Source: an uncultured delta proteobacterium
GTDB lineage: Bacteria > Myxococcota_A > Polyangia > Fen-1088
Assembly (NCBI GenBank): GCA_963796685.1
Contig: CAWCMR010000008.1
Location: 256,001 to 320,000, forward strand
Length of the DNA: 64,000 nt
Reading direction: 5' to 3'
Under the pieces are notes generated by a model. That model searched no databases, was not told the origin of the DNA, and saw nothing but the letters and a program-made list of their open reading frames with translations. This document shows positions 14,068 to 23,997 of this stretch, piece by piece; position 1 is the first letter of the stretch, and the number at the start of each line of letters is the position of its first letter. The position numbers were made by a program, and so were the translations under genes.

Positions 14068-15512
14068 AGTCGTTTCGGGAGCTGCGCGAAGAGCGCCTCG
14101 CGGCCGAACGAGGGACGATCTTCGCGCAGGCCGATCTGGCCATCGCGCTCGTCTACCCGAGCCCGTACCACATCGGCATGTCCTCGCTGGGATACCAGAC
14201 CATCTACCGCGAGCTCAACGCCTTGCCGGGCGTTACCGCCGAGCGCGCCTTCCTGCCCGACGACGTGGCCGACGCCCGCTCCCGGCGCGAGAGCCTGTGC
14301 ACCTACGAATCGAACCGTCCCCTCGCCGATTTTCCCATCGTTGCGTTTTCGCTCAGCTACGAGCTGGAGCTTGCCGGACTGGCGCACTGCCTGGACCTGG
14401 CCGGCATCCCGGCCCTGGCCGCCGAGCGGGACGTGCCCGGCCGCCGCTGGCCCTTGGTCGTCGTGGGCGGCCCCTTGACCTTCTCCAATCCCGTGCCGGC
14501 CGGCCCCATGGCCGATGTCATCGTGATGGGCGAGGCGGAAGAGGCGGTGGCGACACTGGTGCAAGCCTTCCGCGACAGTCCCGACAAGCGCGCCTTGCTC
14601 GAAACCCTGGCCAAGCGGCCCGGTTTCTTCGTACCGGTCATCCACGGCGAGCTGCCACGCCCCGTGCTGGCCGCGAGCAATGCCCGCTTGCCCGCGTTCT
14701 CACAGATCGTCACGCCCAACACCGAGCTCTCCGACATGTTTCTCATCGAGGCCGCGCGCGGCTGCAGCCGCACCTGCACCTACTGCGTGATGCGCAGGTC
14801 GACCAACGGCGGCATGCGCAAGGTCGAGCTCGACCAGATCCTGTCCAAGATCCCCGAGCATGCCCGGCGCGTGGGACTGGTGGGCGCCGCGGTCACGGAT
14901 CACCCTCGCCTGCCTGCCATTCTACGCGCGCTCATCGATTCGGGCCGCTCCATCGGCGTGTCCAGCCTGCGCGCCGACCGGCTCACCGACGAGCTGGTCG
15001 GCTTGCTGGCCGCCGGCGGCTACCGCACCCTGACCACCGCCTCCGATGGCGCCTCCCAACACATGCGCGACGAAATCCGGCGCGGCACCAGCGAGGAGAA
15101 CCTGCGCAACGCCGCCCGACTATGCCGCGCGCACGGCATGACCGCGCTCAAGCTCTACATGGTGCTGGGATTGCCTGGCGAGACCATGTCCGACGTGGAC
15201 GAGCTCGTCCGTTTCGCCCTCGAGCTATCCGAGCTCGCGCCCCGGCTGATCATCACCATCGCCTCCTTCGTGGCCAAGCGAAACACACCCCTCGATCGTT
15301 CGCCCTTCGAGGACATCGCCGTCCTGGAGTCCAAGCTCGGTCGCCTGCGCGCGGCCCTGCGCGGCCGCGTGAAGCTGGTCGGCGAATCGCCCAAGTGGGC
15401 CTGGGTCGAATACCGGCTGGCCCAGGGCGGTTTCGCCGAGGGCATGGCCGCTCTGGCAGCCGCCCGCGCGGGAGGCAGCTACGCGGCGTGGAGGACCGCC
15501 CTGCGGACGTGA
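14064..15512 (+). CDS. Radical SAM protein with N-terminal B12-binding-like domain
   Basis: CxxxCxxC (RGCSRTCTYC); N-terminal YPSPYHIGMSSLG and SYELE motifs. Overlaps the M16 stop (GTGA). Confidence 0.9.
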   Translation: MKSFRELREERLAAERGTIFAQADLAIALVYPSPYHIGMSSLGYQTIYRELNALPGVTAERAFLPDDVADARSRRESLCTYESNRPLADFPIVAFSLSYELELAGLAHCLDLAGIPALAAERDVPGRRWPLVVVGGPLTFSNPVPAGPMADVIVMGEAEEAVATLVQAFRDSPDKRALLETLAKRPGFFVPVIHGELPRPVLAASNARLPAFSQIVTPNTELSDMFLIEAARGCSRTCTYCVMRRSTNGGMRKVELDQILSKIPEHARRVGLVGAAVTDHPRLPAILRALIDSGRSIGVSSLRADRLTDELVGLLAAGGYRTLTTASDGASQHMRDEIRRGTSEENLRNAARLCRAHGMTALKLYMVLGLPGETMSDVDELVRFALELSELAPRLIITIASFVAKRNTPLDRSPFEDIAVLESKLGRLRAALRGRVKLVGESPKWAWVEYRLAQGGFAEGMAALAAARAGGSYAAWRTALRT

Positions 15513-15565
15513 GGCCATAAACTGCAATCCATGATACAAGGGATCTCTCGCAATTGGAGGCTTTG

Positions 15566-16591
15566 ATGCGTGCATGGGTTCGACCGTTCGCTGTATCGTC
15601 TTTGCTCTTGGCCGGCGTGCTGGCGCCATGCGCGGCGCACGCACAAGCCGACCCGAATCAGCCAAACCAAGCCCAGCCCGGCGATCAACAGCCCCAACCA
15701 CCCCAGCAGCCTGAGCCTCAGCCTGGTTACCAGCAGCCCCAGCCACAACCTGGTTACCAGCAGCCGCAACAGCAGCCTGGCTACCAGCAGTATCCGCAGC
15801 CGCAGCCTGGCTACCAGCAGCCCCAGGGATATCCCTATCAACAGCAGGGGTATCCGCAGCAGGGCTATCAGCAACCACAACCCGGCTATCAGCAGCCGTA
15901 CCCGCAGCAAGGCTACCAGCAGCCGCCTGGCTATCCTCCGGCCCAGGGATACGCCCCGCAAGGCAACCCACCGCCGCCCGGCTACTACGCGCCCGCGCCT
16001 CGGCCCGCCTACGGCCCCCCACCCGGCTACGGCCCACCCCCGAGCTACGCGCCCCCGCCCGTCGAGCCGGCCTTTCGCCGTGGTTTTCTCTGGATGCCGT
16101 ACATCGGTGTCAACGTGCCGGTGGGCGACACCTCGAAGGGTGTTTCGACCGGTCTGCGCCTGGGTGGGCTTTTCGGTTTCAACGCCAGTCCTTTCCTGTC
16201 GCTCAACGGCGAGCTGACGATCGACGTCCTCAACCTCGACAGCTCGATGGGAACGAGCGCATCGGGGGCGGAAGTGGATTTTGCCTTCAGTCCGCTATTC
16301 CACATCGACCTCCCGGCCCTCGAGCTCGTCGTGGGGCCCAAGCTCGGGTTCTTCGCGATGTCCGCAACCTTCAGCGAAAGCGGATACCCGGACACGACGC
16401 TGAGCGGGAGCGGGCTTGCCTACGGATTCAACGCAGGTGTCTTCATCCCCCTCGGCCACATCGCCATCGGCGGTCTTTTCAATTTCACGGGTCGCAGCTA
16501 CTTCAGCTCCTGTCTGAACGATGTCTGCGGCGACGCATCCGGCGGCTCGGACGACAAGTTCTTCGGCTTCTCCGGCGCCCTGATGTACTGA
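15566..16591 (+). CDS. Exported protein with Pro/Gln/Tyr-rich repeats and C-terminal outer-membrane beta-barrel
   Basis: Signal peptide, repeated QPGYQQP units, alternating beta-strand pattern and terminal aromatic residue; GGAGG RBS. Confidence 0.75.
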   Translation: MRAWVRPFAVSSLLLAGVLAPCAAHAQADPNQPNQAQPGDQQPQPPQQPEPQPGYQQPQPQPGYQQPQQQPGYQQYPQPQPGYQQPQGYPYQQQGYPQQGYQQPQPGYQQPYPQQGYQQPPGYPPAQGYAPQGNPPPPGYYAPAPRPAYGPPPGYGPPPSYAPPPVEPAFRRGFLWMPYIGVNVPVGDTSKGVSTGLRLGGLFGFNASPFLSLNGELTIDVLNLDSSMGTSASGAEVDFAFSPLFHIDLPALELVVGPKLGFFAMSATFSESGYPDTTLSGSGLAYGFNAGVFIPLGHIAIGGLFNFTGRSYFSSCLNDVCGDASGGSDDKFFGFSGALMY

Positions 16592-16759
16592 CCTAGGAGG
16601 CTGGTGTTAAACAGCTCCCGTCGCTTGGCGGGCTGCGGGCCCCGCCCGCTTCGTTGCTCGTCGGTTGAATACGTCCAGTATTCGCCCTCCTCGCGCCTCG
16701 CGGCCGGGGCTCCTCGCTCCGCCAGGACTCGGTCCGCCGTTTAACATCAGTCTCCTAGG
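16592..16759. mobile_element. MITE-like element, 21-bp terminal inverted repeats including CTAG ends
   Basis: CCTAGGAGGCTGGTGTTAAAC ... GTTTAACATCAGTCTCCTAGG (2 mismatches); internal core shared with 33432..33594. Confidence 0.75.
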
Positions 16760-17202
16760 CCATGGTGCAGTCGCAGTTTACGGACTGCACTGCGAGGTCC
16801 ACCGTGCGAGGTGGGCGGATCGACCTGAGCTATCTCGCCGATATCGTTGTCGAACCCGAAAAAACGGCGCATGCGCCGCACGCGCAGTTGCCGCCTCACC
16901 GTCCGCACGGCGATGGTGGCCAGCCAACCCTTGATCGCCCCCGGCTGGCGCAGCCGCCCAATGCCACGCGCGGCCTCCACGAACACGTCTTGCACGAGAT
17001 CGTCGACCTCGTGGCTGCGGCCATCGAGCCGCAAGACCACCGCCGCCACATACCGGCAGTAGCGACGATAGACCTCGTCGAGAGACGAGCCCTGCTCCTC
17101 GGAATCGACGAGTCTCAGGACGACTTCGCTGGAACGTTCGGGCTTGGCCAATGTAGACTCTGAGTGTGCCACAACGGGAAAGCGGCTCACCCACTTCGCC
17201 AT
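16747..17202 (-). pseudogene. Truncated ECF sigma-70 factor (region 2 only)
   Basis: YRRYCRYVAAVVLRL..EVDDLVQDVFV..GWLATIAVR is region 2. No region-4 HTH follows, and the frame ends inside the MITE end. Confidence 0.7.
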
Positions 17203-17239
17203 TTTCCCCGAAACGCGCGGCACGCAGAGGCACGTTTCC

Positions 17240-18827
17240 ATGAAGACAGGCAATTCTCTCAGGGACCTTCTCTTGACCGCGCCGCTGGCCATGGCGATCT
17301 TGTCGATCGCGTGTGCCGGACCAAGCGGCGGCAGCGGCGGCAGCGGAGACGGGGGATCGAGCGGCGGCGGCAACTCGGGCACAGGCGGCGGATCGAGCCA
17401 GGGAGGCTCATCGGGCTCAGGCGGCACCGCCAGCTCGGGCGGAACGAGCACCTCGGGTGGCTCATCCGGCTCGGGCGGCACAAGCTCGAGTGGCGGCTCC
17501 AGCGCTCCCGATGCTTCCATTTCCTCGGGTGGTACCTCGGGTTCGGGCGGCAACGCCGGCGCCGGCGGTGCGTCCAATGCCGGAGGTTCGCACTCTGGTG
17601 GTGCGGGTGGCGGCGGAGGAGGTGCCTCGGGTGGTGCATCAGGTGGGGCGTCAGGTGGAATGACAGGCAGCGGTGGCACCACGACAACCGGCGGAACGTC
17701 CGGTCCTCCCCCCGTGAGCTACCAGCTTCCGCCGCCTGATCGATGTCACGACCAGGACTTCATCCCGTATGACTACAACGCCAAGACGGGCTGCAAAGAC
17801 GGTGACGCCACCAGCGACTGTGGCGGGAAATGCACGGTCGCCAACGCTGTGCACCGATCCCCCCGGCAGCAAGAACGGCGACTACACCTTCATGTGCCAA
17901 CGCAACCAGCTCTTCAGCCCCGAGATGGAGCAAGCCGCGATCGACGACGGCAACACCGGCTTCCACTACGCCGTGGTCGGACACGACGTGGGCGATCCAG
18001 GGGGAATCGACGGCACCGCCCAGAGCGCCTGCTGCCAGTGCTACCAGTTGGTCTACGCCTACCCCAGCCCCAGCAACGACAGGCAGGCGCAGCTCAATCC
18101 CGACAATCCCAATCCCCCGGCCTCGGGCGTGCAAGTTCCACCGCCCATCATCGCGCAGGCCTTCAACACCGGCGCCACGCCGACGACGTTCGACGTGTAC
18201 ATGCCGGCCGGTGGGCTCGGTGCCAACAACGCCTGCGCCCAGGTCGCCGGGGCCAAGTCGCAGTCGGGTCTCTACATGTACACCAGCTACCCCGCCGATG
18301 GTCAGCCGAGCCAGGGCGGCGTGAAGCCGGCAAGTCTCTATTCCGAGTGCAAGACCGCCGTGAATTGGGTGACCACCGCGACCATCAGCTCGTCGGCCTG
18401 CCAACAAAAGACCGCCGACGCGTGCGACAAGATCGCCTCGGACATCCCGGGCCTGACCCAGCAAGCGCAGAGCGGTTGCATCAAATCCAACAGCATCGAC
18501 ACGCTTTACCACCTCAACTGGTCGGTGTACGTGGCCAAAGTCGAGTGCCCCGAGAACCTCACGCGCGTCACCGGCTGCAAGCTGGCGCCGCAAGGCTTGC
18601 CCGCCGTGAAGAAGGACGTGACCACCGCGGCCCAGGCCGCCAAGGATCCGGACTTCCGGACCAAGACCGGCGGCGGCAGCAACCCGTACGAAACCACCAC
18701 GATGGAGGACTGCTGCCGTCCTTCCTGCTCCTCCATCACCTGGACCCAGCAAAAGGGGCTGACGACGGATCCCGAATACCGGGCTTTCTACCTGTGCGAT
18801 GCCAAGGGCGTGCCCTACACGCAGTAG
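17240..18827 (+). CDS. Lipoprotein with Gly/Ser linker and circularly permuted GH45-like (endoglucanase) domain (frameshift near 17848)
   Basis: Lipobox-like LSIAC; ACCQCYQL, TFDVYMPAGGLG..C, VECPENLTRVTGC, then TTTMEDCCRPSC near the C-terminus. Confidence 0.8.
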
Positions 18828-18977
18828 CTCAGTTCGTCTTGGTCAGGAGGTCCAACCTGCACATCGGACCCAACGAACTCGACAGGTGCCCCGATGTGAT
18901 CTTTGATACTCGACGGCCCCAACGCCAGCATCCACGTCGGTGTGGATGCTGTAAACTGTTCATCAGGAGACATCGAG

Positions 18978-19943
18978 ATGTTCATCAAGTACCTGCCCAT
19001 GGCGATCGCCCTTGGGGCAATCGGATGCAGCAACGACAATTCGCAGTCCGTGGGCGGGGGCACCAGCGGAAACAATGGCAACGGTGGTGGTGGCGGGGTC
19101 ATCATCCCCATCAGCGGCACGGGGAGCGGCGGCAGCGGCGGCGGAACGGGAGTCTCCGTCGATCCGGCTGGGGAGCTCACCATCGTGGTCCGCGACTTCA
19201 AGTTCTGGGACGCGAACGATCCCCAGCACACGAACCCCGACTTCGAAAACGTGCCAGCCACGGATGGCAGCGGCAACCCCGTTCCCGCCAATACCTACTG
19301 GGGAGATTGGGACGACCGGGACATCGTCACGAACACGCTCGGCTCGGATTTCAAGCCGGTGTACAGCAGCGCATCGGGCACCACCCTTACCACCCACGGC
19401 AAAGCAGCTTTCGACCAGTGGTTCAATACCGTCGATGGGACCAACATCATGAAAGAGATCCCGATGACACTCACCAAGCAGGCCGACGGAACATTCCAGT
19501 ACTGGAGCGAGACCGCTGGCCCACCCCTCAGCCCGAACGGCGGGTTCTTTCCCATCGACGACGGAACGCCGTACGCGACCCCGTTCGGGAACCAGGGTGA
19601 GGATGGCAACGGCGTGAGTCACAACTTCTCGTTCACGGTCGAGATCCACACCGTGTTCACCTACACCGGCGGCGAAAAATTCACCTTCAAGGGCGACGAC
19701 GACGTGTTCGTGTATATCAACAATAGGCTCGTCATCAATCGCGGTGGCATCCATGGGGCGGAAGAGCAAACCGCAGAGCTGGACTCACTCAAGGTGTTCG
19801 GTACCGGGGAGACCATCACGCTCACCAAGGGCAACACCTATCCGCTCGACTTTTTCTACGCCGAGCGCCATGTGGTCGCGTCCGACCTCAAGATCACCAC
19901 CGCGCTTGGCCTCACCACCAACACGGACATTCCGATCTTCTGA
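18978..19943 (+). CDS. Fibro-slime domain lipoprotein
   Basis: Lipobox AIGC; VRDF..NPDFE, FDQWF, HNFSFTVEIHT, GDDDVFVYIN, FYAERH; AGGAGA RBS. Confidence 0.9.
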   Translation: MFIKYLPMAIALGAIGCSNDNSQSVGGGTSGNNGNGGGGGVIIPISGTGSGGSGGGTGVSVDPAGELTIVVRDFKFWDANDPQHTNPDFENVPATDGSGNPVPANTYWGDWDDRDIVTNTLGSDFKPVYSSASGTTLTTHGKAAFDQWFNTVDGTNIMKEIPMTLTKQADGTFQYWSETAGPPLSPNGGFFPIDDGTPYATPFGNQGEDGNGVSHNFSFTVEIHTVFTYTGGEKFTFKGDDDVFVYINNRLVINRGGIHGAEEQTAELDSLKVFGTGETITLTKGNTYPLDFFYAERHVVASDLKITTALGLTTNTDIPIF

Positions 19944-19974
19944 TTTCCTCGCCTGCGCGTGCGCGGGAAGACGC

Positions 19975-20529
19975 TCACATCGTGCGCACGTCGACCGAGC
20001 GCATGCCGGCCCGGCTGGCGGCCTCGAGGCCGAGCTCGGTGTCCTCGTAGACCGTGCATGCCGCGGGCGCCACGCCGAGGCGCCGGGCAGCCTCCAAGAA
20101 CACATCGGGCTCGGGCTTGTGCCGGGTAGTGTCCTCGGCGGCCACGATGACAGGGAACCAATCCAGGATCCCGATCTGACGCAGGGTCTGCTCGACCATG
20201 TAGCGGTGGCCGCCCGAGGCCACGGCCATGGGCACCGTGCCGCGAGCGCGGCGGGCGACCTCGACGACTTTCTCGATGGGACGAATCTCGTCGAGCTTCT
20301 CCATGAACGCCGCCTCCTTCTGCCGAGTCAGGACCTCGATATCGGGAGCTTTGCCGACCTCGGAGAAAAGCCGCTCCAGGATCTTCCCTGTCGGCATTCC
20401 GCCCAGGGAGTAGAAGCGCGCCTCGGGGAACGGGATGCCGTAGGGGCGCAGGATCTCGACCCAGGCACGGTAGTGCGCGGGCATGGTGTCGGCCAGGGTT
20501 CCATCGCAGTCGAAGATGAGGGCGCTCAC
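19975..20529 (-). CDS. HAD-superfamily phosphatase (beta-PGM/YqaB-like)
   Basis: FDCDGTLAD motif I, KPEPD, YED..G. Confidence 0.92.
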   Translation of the reverse strand: MSALIFDCDGTLADTMPAHYRAWVEILRPYGIPFPEARFYSLGGMPTGKILERLFSEVGKAPDIEVLTRQKEAAFMEKLDEIRPIEKVVEVARRARGTVPMAVASGGHRYMVEQTLRQIGILDWFPVIVAAEDTTRHKPEPDVFLEAARRLGVAPAACTVYEDTELGLEAASRAGMRSVDVRTM

Positions 20530-20614
20530 TGCGCCTGTTCATAGCAAAGCCGTGGCCAACTTGGCACAAGAGAGAGCACAGAGAAGACCAGAGGGCGCGG
20601 AGCGCCGCCCCTCA

Positions 20615-22246
20615 TCAGGACGTTGCGTGCTCTCGGCTCCGCGCGCCCTCTGGGGTTGCCGGGTCGCCGCGGGTGCGGCGCACGAACATGAAACCGGCGC
20701 CCACGGCCCCGCCCGAGAGGAGGATGAGCACCATCCACGCGGCCACCCGGTGCTGGCGGGTGTCGTAGAACCAGTGATCGACGCGCGCGCGATCGTAACT
20801 GTTCTTGATGTCGAGGGCGAGGCGCGTGTGCCTTCGCCAGGGCGCGTCCGCGGAAGCCTGCTGCCAGCTGTCGCCGAAGGGCACGTGGCGCAGAAGCCAG
20901 AAGTGCCCGAGAATCGGTTGAAACGGCGTCAGCCACACCGTCGGGTAGACGTCCTCGAAGCAGCCTTCGCAGAATCCCCCCTTGTCTGCGGTCAGCGAAG
21001 CGCTACGGTTGGCTTGGCCCAGCCACTTGGTGCGCACGTCGAGGGCGATGCGCAGGAAGTGATCCCAATAGAAGGCACTGCCCAGGATCTGCACGCACAC
21101 CCCCGCGACCAGCAGCCCCGCCGCCAGCGAGCGTCCGGGCCAGCGCGCGCCCGACAAAAACGAAACGGCGGGCAAGAGCAACACCGGCACCGCGAACACC
21201 ATGTAGCGCGGCCCCCAGGACCAGTCGCCGGGCCACGCCGGGAAGCGCAAATAGACGAACATCACGGGCACGATGGTGGCCAGCATGGCGAGCACGGTCG
21301 CGCGATGGCCGCGCCAGAAACGCGGCAAGCCCAGGACCGCCAGTACGAGCGGCGGGGTGTAAAGGAAGATGCTCTTGCCCGGCGAAAACAGGAACCCCCA
21401 CGCGCTGAGCAAGACGTTCTCGACCATCACGCCCGCCACGTTCGTATACCCGGTCTTGGTGATGCTGCCGAAGCGGATGAAATTGTAGGTAAGGAGCATG
21501 ATCGCGCCCGGCACGAAGCCCAGCGCCACGAACCCCAGCGCGCGCACGAGCTGACGCCAGGCCTTGCGGTGCTCGAACGCGACGACCAGCAGCGCGCCAG
21601 GCATGCACAGCACGTAGATGTACTTGGTGTTGAGCAGCATGCCGGCCCACAACCCCGCGGCCAGGGCGGTTCTCCGATCGAGCCGCCGCGCAAGCTGCGA
21701 CAGCTCGAGGAAGAAGCCGGTGAAACAGGCGATCTGGACGATCTCGGTGAAGGGCGAGCGCGCGTAGACCCAGACCATGCTGCCCGTGGCGAGCAGGATG
21801 GCCGCATAGCGCGCGACCTTCGGCGAGGCGCCGTGCCGGAGACAGAGCAGGAAGAACAGCCAGGCGATCAGCGCCCCGAGCAGCCCGCCGGCGAGGTGGC
21901 AGGAAAAGACGTCCACGAGGTGGGCCACGTCGGGCTCCATCTTGAAATGCATGGCCAGGGCGCGGAGGGCGACGCCGGGAACGTGGAGCAGCGAGGGCAG
22001 CCACGGGTGGGGTCCGTAGAACTTACCGCCGCGCCCGGGCTCCGCGTCAGAAGGCCAACGCGTGGGCACCGAAACGCCGTGTCCCTGCACCATGGAGACT
22101 GCCACCTCGTACACCGGCCGCGCGTCGCCCCAGGGCACCTCGCGGCTCATGGTCGCGAAATAGAGACAGGCCACGGCGGCGAACAAATAGAATCCGGGAC
22201 GACCGCGAGATACCCAGCCGGCCATGAGGTGGAGCTTGCTTGCCAT
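20615..22246 (-). CDS. Polytopic GT-C-fold glycosyltransferase (ArnT/PMT-like)
   Basis: Multiple TM helices, GD after TM1, SPGKSIFLYTP, WSWGPRY. Confidence 0.7.
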   Translation of the reverse strand: MASKLHLMAGWVSRGRPGFYLFAAVACLYFATMSREVPWGDARPVYEVAVSMVQGHGVSVPTRWPSDAEPGRGGKFYGPHPWLPSLLHVPGVALRALAMHFKMEPDVAHLVDVFSCHLAGGLLGALIAWLFFLLCLRHGASPKVARYAAILLATGSMVWVYARSPFTEIVQIACFTGFFLELSQLARRLDRRTALAAGLWAGMLLNTKYIYVLCMPGALLVVAFEHRKAWRQLVRALGFVALGFVPGAIMLLTYNFIRFGSITKTGYTNVAGVMVENVLLSAWGFLFSPGKSIFLYTPPLVLAVLGLPRFWRGHRATVLAMLATIVPVMFVYLRFPAWPGDWSWGPRYMVFAVPVLLLPAVSFLSGARWPGRSLAAGLLVAGVCVQILGSAFYWDHFLRIALDVRTKWLGQANRSASLTADKGGFCEGCFEDVYPTVWLTPFQPILGHFWLLRHVPFGDSWQQASADAPWRRHTRLALDIKNSYDRARVDHWFYDTRQHRVAAWMVLILLSGGAVGAGFMFVRRTRGDPATPEGARSREHATS

Positions 22247-22251
22247 GCGAC

Positions 22252-23808
22252 TCACCTTCCCGACACTCCCATGGGCGTCAATCGCCCAAAGCCTGAGCTG
22301 CCCAAGGGCGGCTTCTTGCACGCCCCATCCCTCCGGTAGAGCACGTAGGCGCCCTGCTTGGAAAGGGTGCGATAGCGAGCATCGTCCATGTGTTGACCCG
22401 GCCCCAGGAGGACGTAGTTGGCGGCGTCGAAATCGGACTTGGTTCCGGTCCACAGGATGGGCACGGGTCGGTGCAGATACGCGTATCCGCCGGTCCAGTA
22501 GGGATTCATGGTAGGCGCCGCGAGTCCACAGATGTCCACATGGGTTCCTGCTTGCTCGAAAAGGCGATTTCTCTCATCGAAGGCGCGCCAAACCAAGCTG
22601 GAAGTTGGGCCGCCATAGCCATAGGCGTCCATCAGTTGACCGATGTCGGCGAAGGTCACGCTGCGCGCGCGCACGGCAAAAGCGACCAGGAGCACCAGCG
22701 CCAGCGCGGCTGTGGCGGCGCCTCGCCGCGCGCGTGAGAAGGGAAGCCTCGACAGAAGCCCGGCCAGGCCGACCGCGGCGCAGAGAAGAAACATGGGCAG
22801 CACGGGATAGAGGAAGCGCAGCTCCTTGTGGGAAATGGCCGTGTGCACGCCAAGGAAGAACAGCGCGGGCAGCGCGACGGGCCAGGTCCGGCGCAGCCCG
22901 GCGAGGAAACCCAGGACCAAGACGAGCACCGCGGGTCCGTTGGCCGACAGCAGGACGCGCAGGTAGAAGCCACGCTTGGCGATTCCCCACTGGCTGGCTC
23001 CACCTTCAACCAGGTTGAAGCGCAGGTAGACGATGAGCGACTGGAACGGCCGGCCCCACGTCGCCCAGTCGAGAATTCCACCCAGCAGCAAAATCGCGGT
23101 GATACCGGCTGCGACCCAGGCAGCGGCACGCAGGCTTCGTCTGGCCGCGACGACGAGCAGGATCACGGGAAGCAAGATTCCGCTCTGGTAGCGCAACACG
23201 GTGGCCAACCCGAGCAGGGTGCCCGCGCCGACGAGCCCGAGCACGCCGTTCCCGCGCCCGCCCGGCACCGGACGAACCGCATAGACGGCGGCCTTGCCGG
23301 CCTGGCCCATTCCCCAGGGCCATAGCAGCCACAAGCCCCATGCCAGAAACGCCGCGCTCGCTACCTCGGCCATGGCGCGACTGCCATAGATGAGGCTCGC
23401 GGGGAAAACGCTCGCGAACACGCCCATGAGAAGCAACGCGAAGACCCCGCCCCAGGCCTCTGCCATGCGCAGCATGGGATAGAAGGTGGCCAAGGCCAGC
23501 GCGGCGAACATCAACTTCACCCCGATGACCAAGCCCGCGGCGCTCGCGACCCCGAGGAGCGAAAGTAGCTTCATCGCACCGCCGATCAGACCAGGCAGAA
23601 GCCACGAGCGCGCGCCGACTTTGAATTCCCAGGGCACGAGACCGTAGCCGAAAACCAGGCGATGCCCCTGCTCGATGGTTTGGAAGATCTCGTCGGCCCA
23701 AATCATGCCCTGGTCGTAAATCGCCCCGTACGCGCGCGGCAGCAGGATGGCCGCGCACAGGCCGAGCCACAGCCATGCGCGCGAGCTTGAAAGTGAGGGA
23801 CGCTTCAC
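22252..23808 (-). CDS. Alg9/PIG-B-like (GT22) membrane mannosyltransferase
   Basis: ADEIFQTIEQGHRLVFGYG..PWEF..RSW and HKELRFLYP are GT22 hallmarks. Start placed at GTG 23808 because the longer ORF runs into a repeat. Confidence 0.8.
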   Translation of the reverse strand: MKRPSLSSSRAWLWLGLCAAILLPRAYGAIYDQGMIWADEIFQTIEQGHRLVFGYGLVPWEFKVGARSWLLPGLIGGAMKLLSLLGVASAAGLVIGVKLMFAALALATFYPMLRMAEAWGGVFALLLMGVFASVFPASLIYGSRAMAEVASAAFLAWGLWLLWPWGMGQAGKAAVYAVRPVPGGRGNGVLGLVGAGTLLGLATVLRYQSGILLPVILLVVAARRSLRAAAWVAAGITAILLLGGILDWATWGRPFQSLIVYLRFNLVEGGASQWGIAKRGFYLRVLLSANGPAVLVLVLGFLAGLRRTWPVALPALFFLGVHTAISHKELRFLYPVLPMFLLCAAVGLAGLLSRLPFSRARRGAATAALALVLLVAFAVRARSVTFADIGQLMDAYGYGGPTSSLVWRAFDERNRLFEQAGTHVDICGLAAPTMNPYWTGGYAYLHRPVPILWTGTKSDFDAANYVLLGPGQHMDDARYRTLSKQGAYVLYRRDGACKKPPLGSSGFGRLTPMGVSGR

Positions 23809-23848
23809 CGAGGCCAAGAATGCCTGCTCGCTCCAGCCCGGTCCATAG

Positions 23849-23996
23849 AGATGGGAACCCTCGAAGGGTTCCCAAACCCTCGGCACCTGCCTCCCGCCCT
23901 GCCACCCCCGCGCTGCGCGCGGCCTCGCGCGCTCTGGCGGTGCCGGGCAAAGCCCGGCTCCGCCTACGCGATAAGATGGGAACCCTCGAAGGGTTC
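23849..23996. repeat. REP-like palindromic element with two AGATGGGAACCCTCGAAGGGTTC hairpins
   Basis: Hairpins at 23849 and 23974; same family as 11571. Confidence 0.8.
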
Positions 23997-23997
23997 T

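Noticed and set aside
15680-15960. Tandem CAGCCTGGYTACCAGCAG repeats as a CRISPR array
   Set aside because: They are in-frame QPGYQQP coding repeats with no unique spacers and no cas genes.
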